Shown here in pieces: positions 8,351 through 16,413 of a stretch of DNA of 64,000 nucleotides (position 1 is the stretch's first letter; every line of letters starts with the position of its first letter). This stretch comes from a virus. Its lineage: Duplodnaviria > Heunggongvirae > Uroviricota > Caudoviricetes. The notes beneath the pieces were generated by a model. That model was not told where the DNA came from, did no database searches, and worked only from the letters and a program-made list of their open reading frames with translations. Both the position numbers and the translations under genes were made by a program. The stretch is from IMG/VR virus record IMGVR_UViG_3300034072_000647. One strand, 5' to 3'.

Positions 8351-8535
8351 ATGGTTGTCTCAACCCTGTATTCTACACACTCCACTATTTTCAGTTCATG
8401 TGTATCTCTAAATTGAGACGAATTAAATTCATTGATAATGTTATTGTAATCTAATGCTACCTCGTAGCGTTTACAAAAACCGTCTGTAGATCCAATTGGC
8501 CTTCTATAGCCGAAATACCGTCTACTAACAATCAT
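8302..8535 (-). CDS. Hypothetical protein (77 aa)
   Basis: ORF between tRNA genes. Confidence 0.45.
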   Translation of the reverse strand: MIVSRRYFGYRRPIGSTDGFCKRYEVALDYNNIINEFNSSQFRDTHELKIVECVEYRVETTIALSSNGKKADSDSVN

Positions 8536-8551
8536 ATTAACCTTTCTGTGA

Positions 8552-8624
8552 TGGTCAGGAGCCGGAGTAACGATCTCCGCCTTTCAAAGGTCCAAGCCTC
8601 GACTGCGTGCCCAGCGCGCCCCTG
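8552..8624 (-). tRNA. tRNA-like element without convincing anticodon stem (T-loop ATCGTTA; internal palindrome CCTTTCAAAGG)
   Basis: Acceptor CAGGGGC/GCTCCTG and a CCA end, but the central region does not fold as a standard anticodon arm. It could be a pseudo-tRNA or a tRNA-mimic RNA. Confidence 0.35.
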
Positions 8625-8641
8625 ATTAAATCATAACTAAG

Positions 8642-8717
8642 TTCGCATCAGTGGATTCGAACCACTCTCCGTCCTGGTTAACAGCCAGGTGCCCTCGCCT
8701 AGATGACTCGATGCGAA
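8642..8717 (-). tRNA. tRNA-Asn(GTT)
   Basis: Acceptor TCGCATC/GATGCGA. Anticodon CCTGG-CTGTTAA-CCAGG. T-arm AGTGGTTCGAATCCACT. Confidence 0.7.
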
Positions 8718-8966
8718 CTTAATTATGAAAAAGTATCAAGAGCGACTAGGGCCTGTAAGTACCCTAGCTTTTCGGGCCGCTCCTGATGTAATCATTATAT
8801 TTGAAAATAGCCTCTAAGTCAAGACTTATTTTCTGGAAGCTTCGGAAATTGTTCTAGAAGGAGCAAGAAAAGAGCTTTGCGACTTAATGGTCCGTCTAAA
8901 GCGTTTAACTTGTTCATAAGCTGGTCAATAGCGAACCATTGACCAGCAATGAAACCTTCTAGGTAG

Positions 8967-10436
8967 TTACTGCCAGTCGTATCGTTCAATTTCGACTGCC
9001 TTACGCATGATAGCGTCAGGGGTGATCTTATCAAGGTCAACTGCAAGAATGGACTTCATGATAGCTGGCGAGAAACCAGAAACCAGAGCCACACCAGCCT
9101 CGTTGAACTTAACCGGCTTGTTACCGCGATCAGCGATGTTCCAGTAAACGATGACAGGAGTCTCGTAACCGGCATCCTGGTACATGCGAGCAATCATTGC
9201 CTGAGCACGGTCGTCGTAACGACCAGGATTGAACTGCATGTCAGACATGATAAGAATAATCTTAGGCATGTCCTCTGCGGGAACTCGATTGCTCATTGCG
9301 TGTGCAAGGATAAGATCGAAAACCGAGCGAAGGTTAGTGCTACCCCAAGCAGCAGAGCAAACAGCCGTAAGGCTTTCAGCAAGGCTGTTAGGGTTGTGAA
9401 CTACGAACTTGGCCTGATCGTTGAAGGAGATAGAGAGATTCTTGAAAGCTCCCTTTGACTTGCTTGCAACATACATACCCAGCGAAGCTGCGACGTCTGC
9501 GCAAGTAATCGTACCGGAGCCACCAGCTGGAGCGCCCATGGAACCGGAGTTATCAACGACAGCGATGACGTTCTGATCGTTCATGTAGTCAGGCAGAGCC
9601 TTCCACATGGCGGTAGCAACTTCATCGTCCTTGTAGTGCTGCGAGCGTCCATAACCATAACGGTTATAGCTAAGATCCTGCGCACCACCAATCATCTTGG
9701 TGATATCGTAAGGATAAACAGCCGAAGCGTTAACCTTCGCGACCTTAGGATCCCCCTTCTTCAGAGCTTCCTTGAAGGCACCGAACGCTTCTGGAGCATT
9801 ACGATGGAATGCGGTCATGTAGCGAGACATTGCGACCGAAGGAACGTGGGAGAAATTAATTCCATTCCACTCCTTCTTACACATGTCAGTCTCAACGACG
9901 TTCGTAAGGCCAACAAGCAGCTTACGGTACTCCTTAGGAGAAAGACCGAAAGTGTTGCGAAGCTCTACAGCCTTCGGACCCTTACGAGGCATCCACTTAG
10001 CCGCAAGACCATTTCCTTCGGAAAGAGCCTTAGCGATAAGATAGAAAGCCTTACGCTTAACAGCAGGGTTAGTGAAGATAAGCAGGTCGTCAAAACGGCC
10101 AATCTCTACCGTGTTGTCAAGAAGTTTGGACTCTGCAAGGATTGCAGGGTCATTCTTCTCAAGCCAAAGCAGGATATCTCGAAAGATCTTACGCTCACCA
10201 GCACCGCCGCGAATGTCACGAGCGTACTGAGCAATACGAATTGCGAGGTCTGCGTCCTGAGCGTAAGCTGCCTCAAAAGCAGGAATTACGTTCTGTCCGC
10301 GCATTGCGCCAACCGAACCGAAGAAGTCGACCAGAGCGCTAGAGGTAGTTGCAAAAGCACGCATACCGTTCTGCGTACGTGCAATTACAGGAGAGTGGCC
10401 GGCGGAGCGGCCGAGAGTGTTAACAAAAGTATTCAT
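8967..10436 (-). CDS. Ro60/TROVE-like protein with C-terminal vWA domain (Rsr-like)
   Basis: The C-terminal half has a vWA MIDAS motif (VVDNSGSM). The N-terminal half resembles the TROVE domain: FFGSVGAMRGQ...LAIRIAQYARDIRGG matches the Ro60 FGSEGGTYY...ALIRLIEDGRG region. Confidence 0.7.
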   Translation of the reverse strand: MNTFVNTLGRSAGHSPVIARTQNGMRAFATTSSALVDFFGSVGAMRGQNVIPAFEAAYAQDADLAIRIAQYARDIRGGAGERKIFRDILLWLEKNDPAILAESKLLDNTVEIGRFDDLLIFTNPAVKRKAFYLIAKALSEGNGLAAKWMPRKGPKAVELRNTFGLSPKEYRKLLVGLTNVVETDMCKKEWNGINFSHVPSVAMSRYMTAFHRNAPEAFGAFKEALKKGDPKVAKVNASAVYPYDITKMIGGAQDLSYNRYGYGRSQHYKDDEVATAMWKALPDYMNDQNVIAVVDNSGSMGAPAGGSGTITCADVAASLGMYVASKSKGAFKNLSISFNDQAKFVVHNPNSLAESLTAVCSAAWGSTNLRSVFDLILAHAMSNRVPAEDMPKIILIMSDMQFNPGRYDDRAQAMIARMYQDAGYETPVIVYWNIADRGNKPVKFNEAGVALVSGFSPAIMKSILAVDLDKITPDAIMRKAVEIERYDWQ

Positions 10437-10731
10437 CTGTATTCATTTCCTTTTTCTAAAAGTATGGTTAGAAAGTGGTTAAGGGTTGCTGTTAGAATAC
10501 ATATAATCTAACCAGGCTGCGTTTGATCGCTAGATCATCCAAAGATAGCGGTTTGTGTTGCTGTACACAGCCTAAAAATATGTAAAACGGGATCGCCTAC
10601 TTCTTTATGTTTAAGGCACAAAAAGAAATCGAAGAAGAAGCCTTGGCCGAAGCCGCAAAACTAGGCAAGCTAGTTTTCGATCATGGAGTATCCGAAGATA
10701 CGCTGGTTTCCCAGTTATTGGTTTGCTGCAA

Positions 10732-10941
10732 TTATCCCTTTTGCTTTTTAGCTAGCTCATCGTCTAGCTTTTTCCATTCCTTGTCGAAGTCTTTCTTTTT
10801 ATTACCAGACAAGGTAGTAGTGTAGGCCTCAGTCCACTCGATTGCATCCCGCAAATACGGAGTAGGCTTGCCCAAAATCTTATTAGTCTCATCCATCATG
10901 ATCGCTCGTTGCATACGATCCCAGAAGAACTGTGCACTCAT
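10732..10941 (-). CDS. Hypothetical protein (69 aa)
   Basis: ORF. Confidence 0.45.
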   Translation of the reverse strand: MSAQFFWDRMQRAIMMDETNKILGKPTPYLRDAIEWTEAYTTTLSGNKKKDFDKEWKKLDDELAKKQKG

Positions 10942-11084
10942 TTCAGTATACCTTTCGACAGAGTTGAAGTCTGTTGCCTTACCATTAGGCTAATTTTCCT
11001 AGAGCGGAAAATATTGGAATTGAACCAATATAATTGTTTTGCTGCTAGTATACTTTATATACTTTAACAGGTTTCATAAAAGAC

Positions 11085-11154
11085 GGATTTGAACCGTACA
11101 GTCTCATTAAAAGTGAGATGCTCTACCCATTGAGCTACTATAATGTTTTGCTGT
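11085..11154 (-). tRNA. tRNA-Lys(TTT)
   Basis: D-arm TAGCTCAATGGGTAGAGCA. Anticodon TCTCA-CTTTTAA-TGAGA. T-arm ACGGTTCAAATCCGT. AT-rich acceptor. Confidence 0.6.
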
Positions 11155-11212
11155 GTGAAACCTAAAATTGTTGCTTTTATTATATCAGAATTGTTGAGGA
11201 TCCGCTCGCGCG

Positions 11213-11290
11213 GGGCCGCCAGGCCAGCTCCTCATAATATGGAGAGGAGCGAAGGAATCGAACCTTCTAGTTTTGTTTGCTGTTACAATT
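11213..11290 (-). tRNA. tRNA-like element (T-arm GAAGGTTCGATTCCTTC plus adjacent hairpins; unresolved)
   Basis: Has a T-arm and a CCA-like end, but the upstream part is AT-rich without a clear cloverleaf. Confidence 0.3.
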
Positions 11291-11292
11291 CT

Positions 11293-11505
11293 TTAAATGG
11301 GAGAGAATTTTATCTTCCCAGCTTTCCACAATTGAAGTTGAGTATTAAAATTCGTATTTAATTGTTCTGATCTAGACTTAAGATGCGCTATAATTATTAT
11401 GTCATCATAACTAGCATCTTCCGGATCTTTACCTAGTATCTCCGCGCACTTACGCTTTAACCTGAATATGTCATCTAATTCAGAACGTGTATAGTGAAAA
11501 TACAT
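11293..11505 (-). CDS. Hypothetical protein
   Basis: ORF trimmed to an internal Met to avoid overlap with tRNA-His. Confidence 0.4.
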   Translation of the reverse strand: MYFHYTRSELDDIFRLKRKCAEILGKDPEDASYDDIIIIAHLKSRSEQLNTNFNTQLQLWKAGKIKFSPI

Positions 11506-11517
11506 ATAATAACCTTT

Positions 11518-11590
11518 TGGTCGTGACGGAGGGATTCGAACCCTCAACTGCGGAATCACAATCCGCCATGTTCACCGTTTACACTACGCC
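11518..11590 (-). tRNA. tRNA-His(GTG)
   Basis: Perfect anticodon hairpin GCGGA-TTGTGAT-TCCGC. T-arm GAGGGTTCGAATCCCTC. CCA end. Confidence 0.6.
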
Positions 11591-11598
11591 ATCGAAAC

Positions 11599-11685
11599 TG
11601 GTGGGAGGGTGTGAGATCGAATCACTCCGGGGTTAACCGAGCGGTTTTACAGACCGCGTGCTAGAACCACTAGCTTTACCCGCCC
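11599..11685 (-). tRNA. tRNA-Tyr(GTA), long variable arm
   Basis: Anticodon GCGGT-CTGTAAA-ACCGC, a variable arm, T-arm GTGATTCGATCTCAC, CCA end. Confidence 0.7.
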
Positions 11686-12254
11686 ATATGCGCTAGCTTA
11701 CCACAGACACGAGCACTAGCGAAGCTGCTCCCGCGAACTCCATTACCCATATCTCCTGATACAACAAAATCGGCCCTATTTCGAGCAGCGTGACTTACCT
11801 TAGTCGTCTGCTCCGTTCCCAATACAGCTACCACACCGGGCAAGGCTGCTGGATAGATACCTTCACTCTTGTCGTTACCAAGCGAGGCCACAATCGTTAG
11901 GCCAAGCTGGTCAGCTACAAACTTGAAATCTTTTGCGCCCTTCTCATCATTAGTAGAGAAAGAAGTACAAACATACTTTACTCCGGCCTTTTTCATTTCG
12001 ATCATTGCTTTATAGGCTATCTGCCAGTCAATAATCACTTCATTGGGTCGAGTAGCGTCTGGGTCACGCTCGAAAGGTGACGCATAATAAACTTTAACGT
12101 TAGGAGCATTTTCCTTGATGGCCTTTAGCACCAAGTCTCCATGCTTATAATCAGTGGATTTGGCACTAACCTGAGTCACTGTCACGGAAGCGTCCGAAGG
12201 CATTCCGTTATCAATAACACCTACAGCGGCTAGAGCCAGTGCAAAAATAAGCAT
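11676..12254 (-). CDS. Secreted compact subtilisin-like serine protease (tentative)
   Basis: Has a signal peptide. Candidate catalytic residues are D in VIDNG, H in KHGDLV and S in GSSFASARVCG (compare GTSMAAPHVAG). Confidence 0.55.
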   Translation of the reverse strand: MLIFALALAAVGVIDNGMPSDASVTVTQVSAKSTDYKHGDLVLKAIKENAPNVKVYYASPFERDPDATRPNEVIIDWQIAYKAMIEMKKAGVKYVCTSFSTNDEKGAKDFKFVADQLGLTIVASLGNDKSEGIYPAALPGVVAVLGTEQTTKVSHAARNRADFVVSGDMGNGVRGSSFASARVCGKLAHMGG

Positions 12255-12274
12255 TTGATGTTCCTTTTTAATCT

Positions 12275-12356
12275 GGTATCCACGGTGGGACTCGAACCCA
12301 CAAGGATTAACCGGGAGATTTTAAGTCTCCTGCGTTTACCATTTCGCCACGTGGAC
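12275..12356 (-). tRNA. tRNA-Leu(TAA)
   Basis: Anticodon GGAGA-CTTAAAA-TCTCC, a long variable arm, T-arm TGGGTTCGAGTCCCA, CCA end. Confidence 0.75.
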
Positions 12357-12415
12357 ATGTCTCTCTTTGTTGAAGCCATTATATCCGTTTTAGCTTCTCA
12401 AGTCAACAATTAAAA

Positions 12416-12601
12416 TCACCAATGCGGTACAGCTATATACTCTTGATATAATTTCTCTAATTCCGTACCATCAACTTCTTCCCAAGACATACCCATTAAC
12501 AATTGCCAATTATCCGCGCTATAACGTTGATACTCGCCCCAAGGCTTCTCGGTGGTTCGTACAATCACTGAGCTAATAGGATGGATGCTTTTAATACGCA
12601 T
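12416..12601 (-). CDS. Hypothetical protein (61 aa)
   Basis: Started at an internal Met to avoid tRNA-Leu. Confidence 0.4.
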   Translation of the reverse strand: MRIKSIHPISSVIVRTTEKPWGEYQRYSADNWQLLMGMSWEEVDGTELEKLYQEYIAVPHW

Positions 12602-12617
12602 AATAACCTTTCTAAAC

Positions 12618-12703
12618 TGGTGGGGAAGGTGGGACTCGAACCCACACGGACTTTCATCCACTGCGTTCTAAGCGCAGCGCGGCTACCATTACACCACAAC
12701 CCC
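12618..12703 (-). tRNA. tRNA-Leu(TAG)
   Basis: Anticodon CTGCG-CTTAGAA-CGCAG, a long variable arm, T-arm GTGGGTTCGAGTCCCAC, CCA end. Confidence 0.7.
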
Positions 12704-12912
12704 GAAACTCTCCCAGTACCGGCTAAGCCGGCTCGCTACACATAGCTGGGATCTACGGATCTATACATATAAGGGCGTAGTTAACGTCTCTTCTCCAGAC
12801 TGTTGCCAGACAAGCTGTAGATTTGCAGCTCCCGCGTGTAACCTTACATGTTTACTAGGTCGGCTCCTGTAACCTCAGGGAACACTTTATACGGGACTGT
12901 GCCCAACCAAAC

Positions 12913-12988
12913 TGGTACTCCAGGTGAGACTTGAACTCACAAATTTACGGTTCTTAGCCGATTGCCTCTGCCGTTTGGCTACTGGAGC
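12913..12988 (-). tRNA. tRNA (anticodon unresolved; loop CTAAGAA on 3-bp stem)
   Basis: Acceptor GCTCCAG/CTGGAGT, D-arm GCC..GGC, T-arm GTGAGTTCAAGTCTCAC, CCA end. Confidence 0.5.
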
Positions 12989-13046
12989 ATGTATATCCGG
13001 CCGCCCCCAAGCATGGATCTTTATACCCCGAAAGGAGCCCATCAAA

Positions 13047-13529
13047 TTAGAAGCGGAAACCTACGCCTGCAAGCAGGGCATGGCTACCGGTATTACGGTC
13101 AAACTCAGAGTAATTGTACTGAGCCTTGATATAGGTAACGTCGCTAATCTTGCGCTCAACACCGGCACCTACCTTGAAGCCATCAAGCTTACGACTGAAA
13201 ACGTCGCGATAGTTATCGTAACCAGCATGGACATAGCCAAGAGTGCGTGGAGTGAAAGCGTAACCAAGACGTGCGCTAGCACCAATCATGCGCTCCTTTT
13301 CGAAGAAATTCGAGCTATTGGCTTCGACACCGATAGTCACTCGGTCGCCGAGCGGAGCATCGACACCGACTGCGGCTCCGTAAACCACGTCGTTAGCGTC
13401 TGGGCTGTTCTGAATGTCATTATATCCGGCAGTTACTTCGGCACGAACACCAGTGAAGGCAGCATTGGTCTGCGCAATGGCAGGGGTAGTGGCGAGGGCA
13501 GCAGCCGCTGCAAGTGCAATAAACTTCAT
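13047..13529 (-). CDS. Outer-membrane beta-barrel protein (OmpA/Omp25/opacity family-like) with signal peptide
   Basis: Starts MKFIALAAAAALATTPAIA after an AGGAGA SD. It has alternating amphipathic strands and ends in GVGFRF with a C-terminal Phe. Confidence 0.75.
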   Translation of the reverse strand: MKFIALAAAAALATTPAIAQTNAAFTGVRAEVTAGYNDIQNSPDANDVVYGAAVGVDAPLGDRVTIGVEANSSNFFEKERMIGASARLGYAFTPRTLGYVHAGYDNYRDVFSRKLDGFKVGAGVERKISDVTYIKAQYNYSEFDRNTGSHALLAGVGFRF

Positions 13530-13567
13530 TTTGTCTCCTAATGTGATGAGGAAGTACTCCTCGGAAC

Positions 13568-13642
13568 TGGAGCGGGCGACGGGAATCGAACCCGCTCTAT
13601 GTACGGTTTGGAAGACCGACCGCATACCTTATGCTCGCCTGC
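13568..13642 (-). tRNA. tRNA-Gly(TCC)
   Basis: Anticodon GCGGT-CTTCCAA-ACCGT. T-arm AGCGGGTTCGATTCCCGT. CCA end. Confidence 0.6.
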
Positions 13643-13742
13643 ATTAAACTTGTCCCTCTTTAACTCGTTTCCTCGACTGATTGCTAGCATCAGTATCGCT
13701 TATCGAGCGAGCGGGGAGGCTCAGCAGCCGTAGCTGTAAAAC

Positions 13743-13818
13743 TGGTCTAGGAGACAGGACTTGAACCTGCAACCCCCTGCTCCCAAAGCAGGTGCGCTAC
13801 CACTTGCGCTACTCCCAG
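13743..13818 (-). tRNA. tRNA-Pro(TGG)
   Basis: D-arm GCGCAAGTGGTAGCGC. Anticodon CCTGC-TTTGGGA-GCAGG. T-arm GCAGGTTCAAGTCCTGT. CCA end. Confidence 0.75.
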
Positions 13819-14273
13819 ATGAAAAAACTGGACCAGTTCACCTATAACACCTCACTGAGTGATGCGTGCTCTGTGTTTCCTGCTGCACTGGTAAGCAGCT
13901 CCCCCGAGAAGGCGGCACATTAGGTTCTCATCCTAATGGCTGGGGCGGTCCGGATGCCTCGCCGCTCTACCGAGTAGTAGCACAGCTTTATTGGCAGAGC
14001 AGGATACCGGCTCAATTTAGTCCCGAATACAATCAGTCCGGGCAGATGAATAGCGCTTTTAGGACCATCACCCAATCTCAAGTGGCTAGAGTGCCGTCCA
14101 CTCTCTAGCCCGCTAGTCCCATGTCAACGGAATGACTAGCCCCGCATCTATTCGTAGAGCGACCGGATGAACCTAACGCATGTTCATCACAACGTTATCA
14201 AGAGTTGCAATAAGCTCGTAAACTTCTGCATTGGGGCGGGTCTTCAAGTCCCGACTCCTCTCTTGATAAACTC

Positions 14274-14302
14274 ATTATAATTCAAGTCAGTTTCAATGTC
14301 AA
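14274..14302 (-). promoter_or_regulatory. Consensus promoter TTGACA-N17-TATAAT driving an ORF-free 430-nt segment and downstream tRNAs
   Basis: Minus sense: TTGACAttgaaactgacttgaatTATAATgag. Confidence 0.55.
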
Positions 14303-14318
14303 GAACTATTTTTCTAAC

Positions 14319-14395
14319 TGGTAGACCGGGTGGGGTTCGAACCCACATACGCGCGGATTAAAAGTCCGCCGTTCCGCCTATTGAACTACCGGTCC
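14319..14395 (-). tRNA. tRNA-Lys(TTT) second copy
   Basis: Anticodon GCGGA-CTTTTAA-TCCGC. T-arm GTGGGTTCGAACCCCAC. CCA end. Confidence 0.7.
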
Positions 14396-14601
14396 ATGAT
14401 GACTGTTCAACCTCGGCTATAGCTGGAACTTAATCCAGCTTATTAATTACAATCTTACTGTATTCAGGATTTTTATAGTCGACCGCCATTTCAAATATCA
14501 CCTCCCCTAGTGAGTTGAATAGTTTGAAATTTGAAATTTTCAGCGGCTCAAACTCAGGGCTGAACCAGCTTTTCAACCTTTGCCACATAAAGCACCTAAA
14601 A

Positions 14602-14677
14602 TGGTAGACGAGGTGGGGTTCGAACCCACGACCTAAGGATTAAGAGTCCCGCGCTCTGCCAACTGAGCTACACGTCC
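14602..14677 (-). tRNA. tRNA-Lys(CTT)
   Basis: D-arm TAGCTCAGTTGGCAGAGCG. Anticodon loop CTCTTAA. T-arm GTGGGTTCGAACCCCAC. CCA end. Confidence 0.6.
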
Positions 14678-14862
14678 GTGAAATATTCCTTTTGAAGCTG
14701 CCAATAGGTCAGCTCATTTTCTGCGTCACAAAGTTCATAATGAACCGAATACCACTCTTCGGACTCTTCTTCATAAGTGCTAAGTTCATTAGACAACTCA
14801 TGAACAAGACGTTCAGCTAAGTCTTCATTAGCTTCAATCTCTTCCCAAGTATGATCGTTCAT
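14668..14862 (-). CDS. Small acidic protein (64 aa)
   Basis: ORF downstream of a consensus early promoter. Confidence 0.5.
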   Translation of the reverse strand: MNDHTWEEIEANEDLAERLVHELSNELSTYEEESEEWYSVHYELCDAENELTYWQLQKEYFTDV

Positions 14863-14914
14863 TGCTATCTCCGCTCTTGATGCCTCATTATAACAAAGGC
14901 AGTAGTGAAAGTCA
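14862..14914 (-). promoter_or_regulatory. Consensus early promoter plus conserved leader GAGGCATCAAGAGCGGAGA (representative of 20 or more copies)
   Basis: Minus sense: TTGACTttcactactgcctttgtTATAATgaggcatcaagagcggagatagcaATG. Confidence 0.65.
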
Positions 14915-14931
14915 AGAACTATTTCAGTAAT

Positions 14932-15009
14932 TGGTGAACCGACGAGGATTTGAACCTCGATCCCAAGGATTAAGAGTCCCGGTATTAGCCTATTATTAAG
15001 ATCGGTCCA
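14932..15009 (-). tRNA. tRNA with CTCTTAA anticodon loop (Lys-CTT-like)
   Basis: T-arm CGAGGTTCAAATCCTCG, CCA end, AT-rich D-arm. Confidence 0.5.
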
Positions 15010-15169
15010 TTATCTCTCGTTGCTGTTTAACCGCCACAACGATGGCGTGATCTGCTTTTAGATTACCTGTTCCGTGACAGGCACAGCAGATGCGAAATTT
15101 GTCTTTGAATTTCGAGCCACGCTTAGGCTTGAATAAGTTACCACTTCCGCCGCATTTGTGACACAACAT
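14996..15169 (-). CDS. Small zinc-ribbon protein (57 aa)
   Basis: Unlisted ORF MLCHKCGGSGN...CCACHGTGN with a GGAGAC SD and a promoter upstream. Confidence 0.45.
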   Translation of the reverse strand: MLCHKCGGSGNLFKPKRGSKFKDKFRICCACHGTGNLKADHAIVVAVKQQREIMDRS

Positions 15170-15280
15170 GGTAGTCTCCGCTCTTGATGCCCAATTATAA
15201 CAAGGTTGGCGGTCAAAGTCAAGAACTAAATTTTAAGAGGTTGAATCCGTTTTAATTACAGAGATTCATCCCCGAAAGCT

Positions 15281-15316
15281 ATAAAAATAGCCGAGGCTCC
15301 GTCGAGAACCTCGGCT
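15281..15316 (-). terminator. Intrinsic terminator (minus strand)
   Basis: AGCCGAGG...CCTCGGCT hairpin followed by ATTTTTAT in minus sense. Confidence 0.55.
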
Positions 15317-15324
15317 ATAATAGA

Positions 15325-15395
15325 TGGTAGCAGACCTAGGTAACGATCCTAGCTAGTCCAGGATATGAGCCCGAACCCCTCCCTGAGGGACTGCC
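15325..15395 (-). tRNA. tRNA-like (T-loop ATCGTTA; anticodon unresolved)
   Basis: Acceptor GGCAGTC/GTCTGCT with a CCA end. The internal fold is unclear. Confidence 0.4.
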
Positions 15396-15398
15396 ACA

Positions 15399-15644
15399 TT
15401 AGCCTTCAGACTTTTCGTAGGTCGCTCGATCTACGCAGATCATGCGATTCAACTTCTTGTCTTTAATTAGAAAAGGCTTATCACTATTACAGTTTGGTTC
15501 ACTGTTATACACAGTTTTATGATATTCACTATCTAGTATTACTGCATTAGGCCCTGCGGTAACAATTACGCGCGGGTCTGCATTGGCGGGACTGCCAGCA
15601 GCCAACCCTAGTAAAAACAGTCCTGTGAGTAACTTATTAAACAT
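15399..15644 (-). CDS. Small secreted protein (signal peptide)
   Basis: Starts MFNKLLTGLFLLGLAAGSPANA. Confidence 0.5.
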   Translation of the reverse strand: MFNKLLTGLFLLGLAAGSPANADPRVIVTAGPNAVILDSEYHKTVYNSEPNCNSDKPFLIKDKKLNRMICVDRATYEKSEG

Positions 15645-15659
15645 ATGATAATCCTTATA

Positions 15660-15730
15660 TGGAGCCGACATTGGGGTTCGAGCCCAACTAAACGACGTAC
15701 GAAGCCGTTGTCCTCGCCAGAGGTGTCGGC
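15660..15730 (-). tRNA. tRNA-Thr(CGT)
   Basis: Perfect acceptor GCCGACA/TGTCGGC. Anticodon ACGGC-TTCGTAC-GTCGT. T-arm TTGGGCTCGAACCCCAA. CCA end. Confidence 0.55.
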
Positions 15731-15736
15731 ATGAAA

Positions 15737-15829
15737 TGGAGGAAGGCTGGTGGTGTCGATCCCCAACCGTATCGCTACGAGTCCACTAGTTTTCAAGACT
15801 AGGCCTGGGGCCGCCCAGGATAACCTTCC
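15737..15829 (-). tRNA. tRNA-Ser(TGA)-like, long variable arm
   Basis: Acceptor GGAAGGT/GCCTTCC and a CCA end. Perfect anticodon hairpin CTAGT-CTTGAAA-ACTAG. Atypical T-arm with an ATCGACA loop. Confidence 0.5.
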
Positions 15830-15830
15830 G

Positions 15831-16034
15831 TTAAGCTGTAATTGCGATGACCTTATCGCGAACGCGGGCAGCGCGCTCAATCTCGCTAGCGCGGGCATCT
15901 ACACCAGCACTGAGCTTGACAATGGTTTCTTGGTCTTTCACGTTCTTGGCATTCTCAGCGTCGATATAAGTTTCGAGATCACGCTGAACCTTGCTGAAGG
16001 CTCCAAGAATATTATCAAGACTACGATTGAACAT
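15831..16034 (-). CDS. Small coiled-coil protein
   Basis: Started at an internal Met. Confidence 0.45.
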   Translation of the reverse strand: MFNRSLDNILGAFSKVQRDLETYIDAENAKNVKDQETIVKLSAGVDARASEIERAARVRDKVIAITA

Positions 16035-16060
16035 TAACTTACCTTTCCGTTGTTGAAAAA

Positions 16061-16137
16061 TGGATCCCCGCGTAGGACTCGAACCCACACTCACTAGGGC
16101 CAAAACCTAGCCGCCTTACCCGATAGCGCAACGGGGA
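16061..16137 (-). tRNA. tRNA-Gln(TTG)
   Basis: Anticodon CTAGG-TTTTGGC-CCTAG. T-arm GTGGGTTCGAGTCCTAC. CCA end. Confidence 0.65.
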
Positions 16138-16143
16138 ATGGTG

Positions 16144-16320
16144 TTAGCGACTTACGAAAGCACTAACACCTGCGATGCTCACCCCGAAAACGAGGAAAAT
16201 CAACGCTAGAATTAGGAATAGAATAATAGGCCAGAAGATGAGCAACAGCCAACTGGTGGCAATGACGCCTACGATCTTGAGAATAATCAAAACAAGCCAA
16301 ATAACGCCAACAATACTCAT
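16144..16320 (-). CDS. Small hydrophobic membrane protein (58 aa)
   Basis: Unlisted ORF MSIVGVIWLVLIIL... Confidence 0.4.
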   Translation of the reverse strand: MSIVGVIWLVLIILKIVGVIATSWLLLIFWPIILFLILALIFLVFGVSIAGVSAFVSR

Positions 16321-16338
16321 ATTTATCCCCCTATAAAC

Positions 16339-16413
16339 TGGTACTCACGCAGGGACTCGAACCCCGATAGGCCGCTAATCAGGCGGCAGCCTTAGCCATT
16401 AGACGACGTGAGC
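16339..16413 (-). tRNA. tRNA-Ile(GAT)-like second copy
   Basis: Acceptor GCTCACG/CGTGAGT. Anticodon GCCGC-CTGATTA-GCGGC. T-arm CGGGGTTCGAGTCCCTG. CCA end. Confidence 0.55.

Noticed and set aside
9636-10511. 291 aa plus-strand ORF
   Set aside because: Antisense to the well-supported Ro60/vWA gene. Low-complexity R/S-rich translation.
10607-10825. 72 aa plus-strand ORF divergent from the Ro60-like gene
   Set aside because: The first 44 aa look protein-like, but there is no SD, and the remainder is antisense to a minus-strand gene.
13840-14270. tmRNA or RNase P RNA identity for the ORF-free segment
   Set aside because: No tag-peptide reading frame, no GGAAAGUCCGG P4 motif and no proper tRNA-like acceptor were found.
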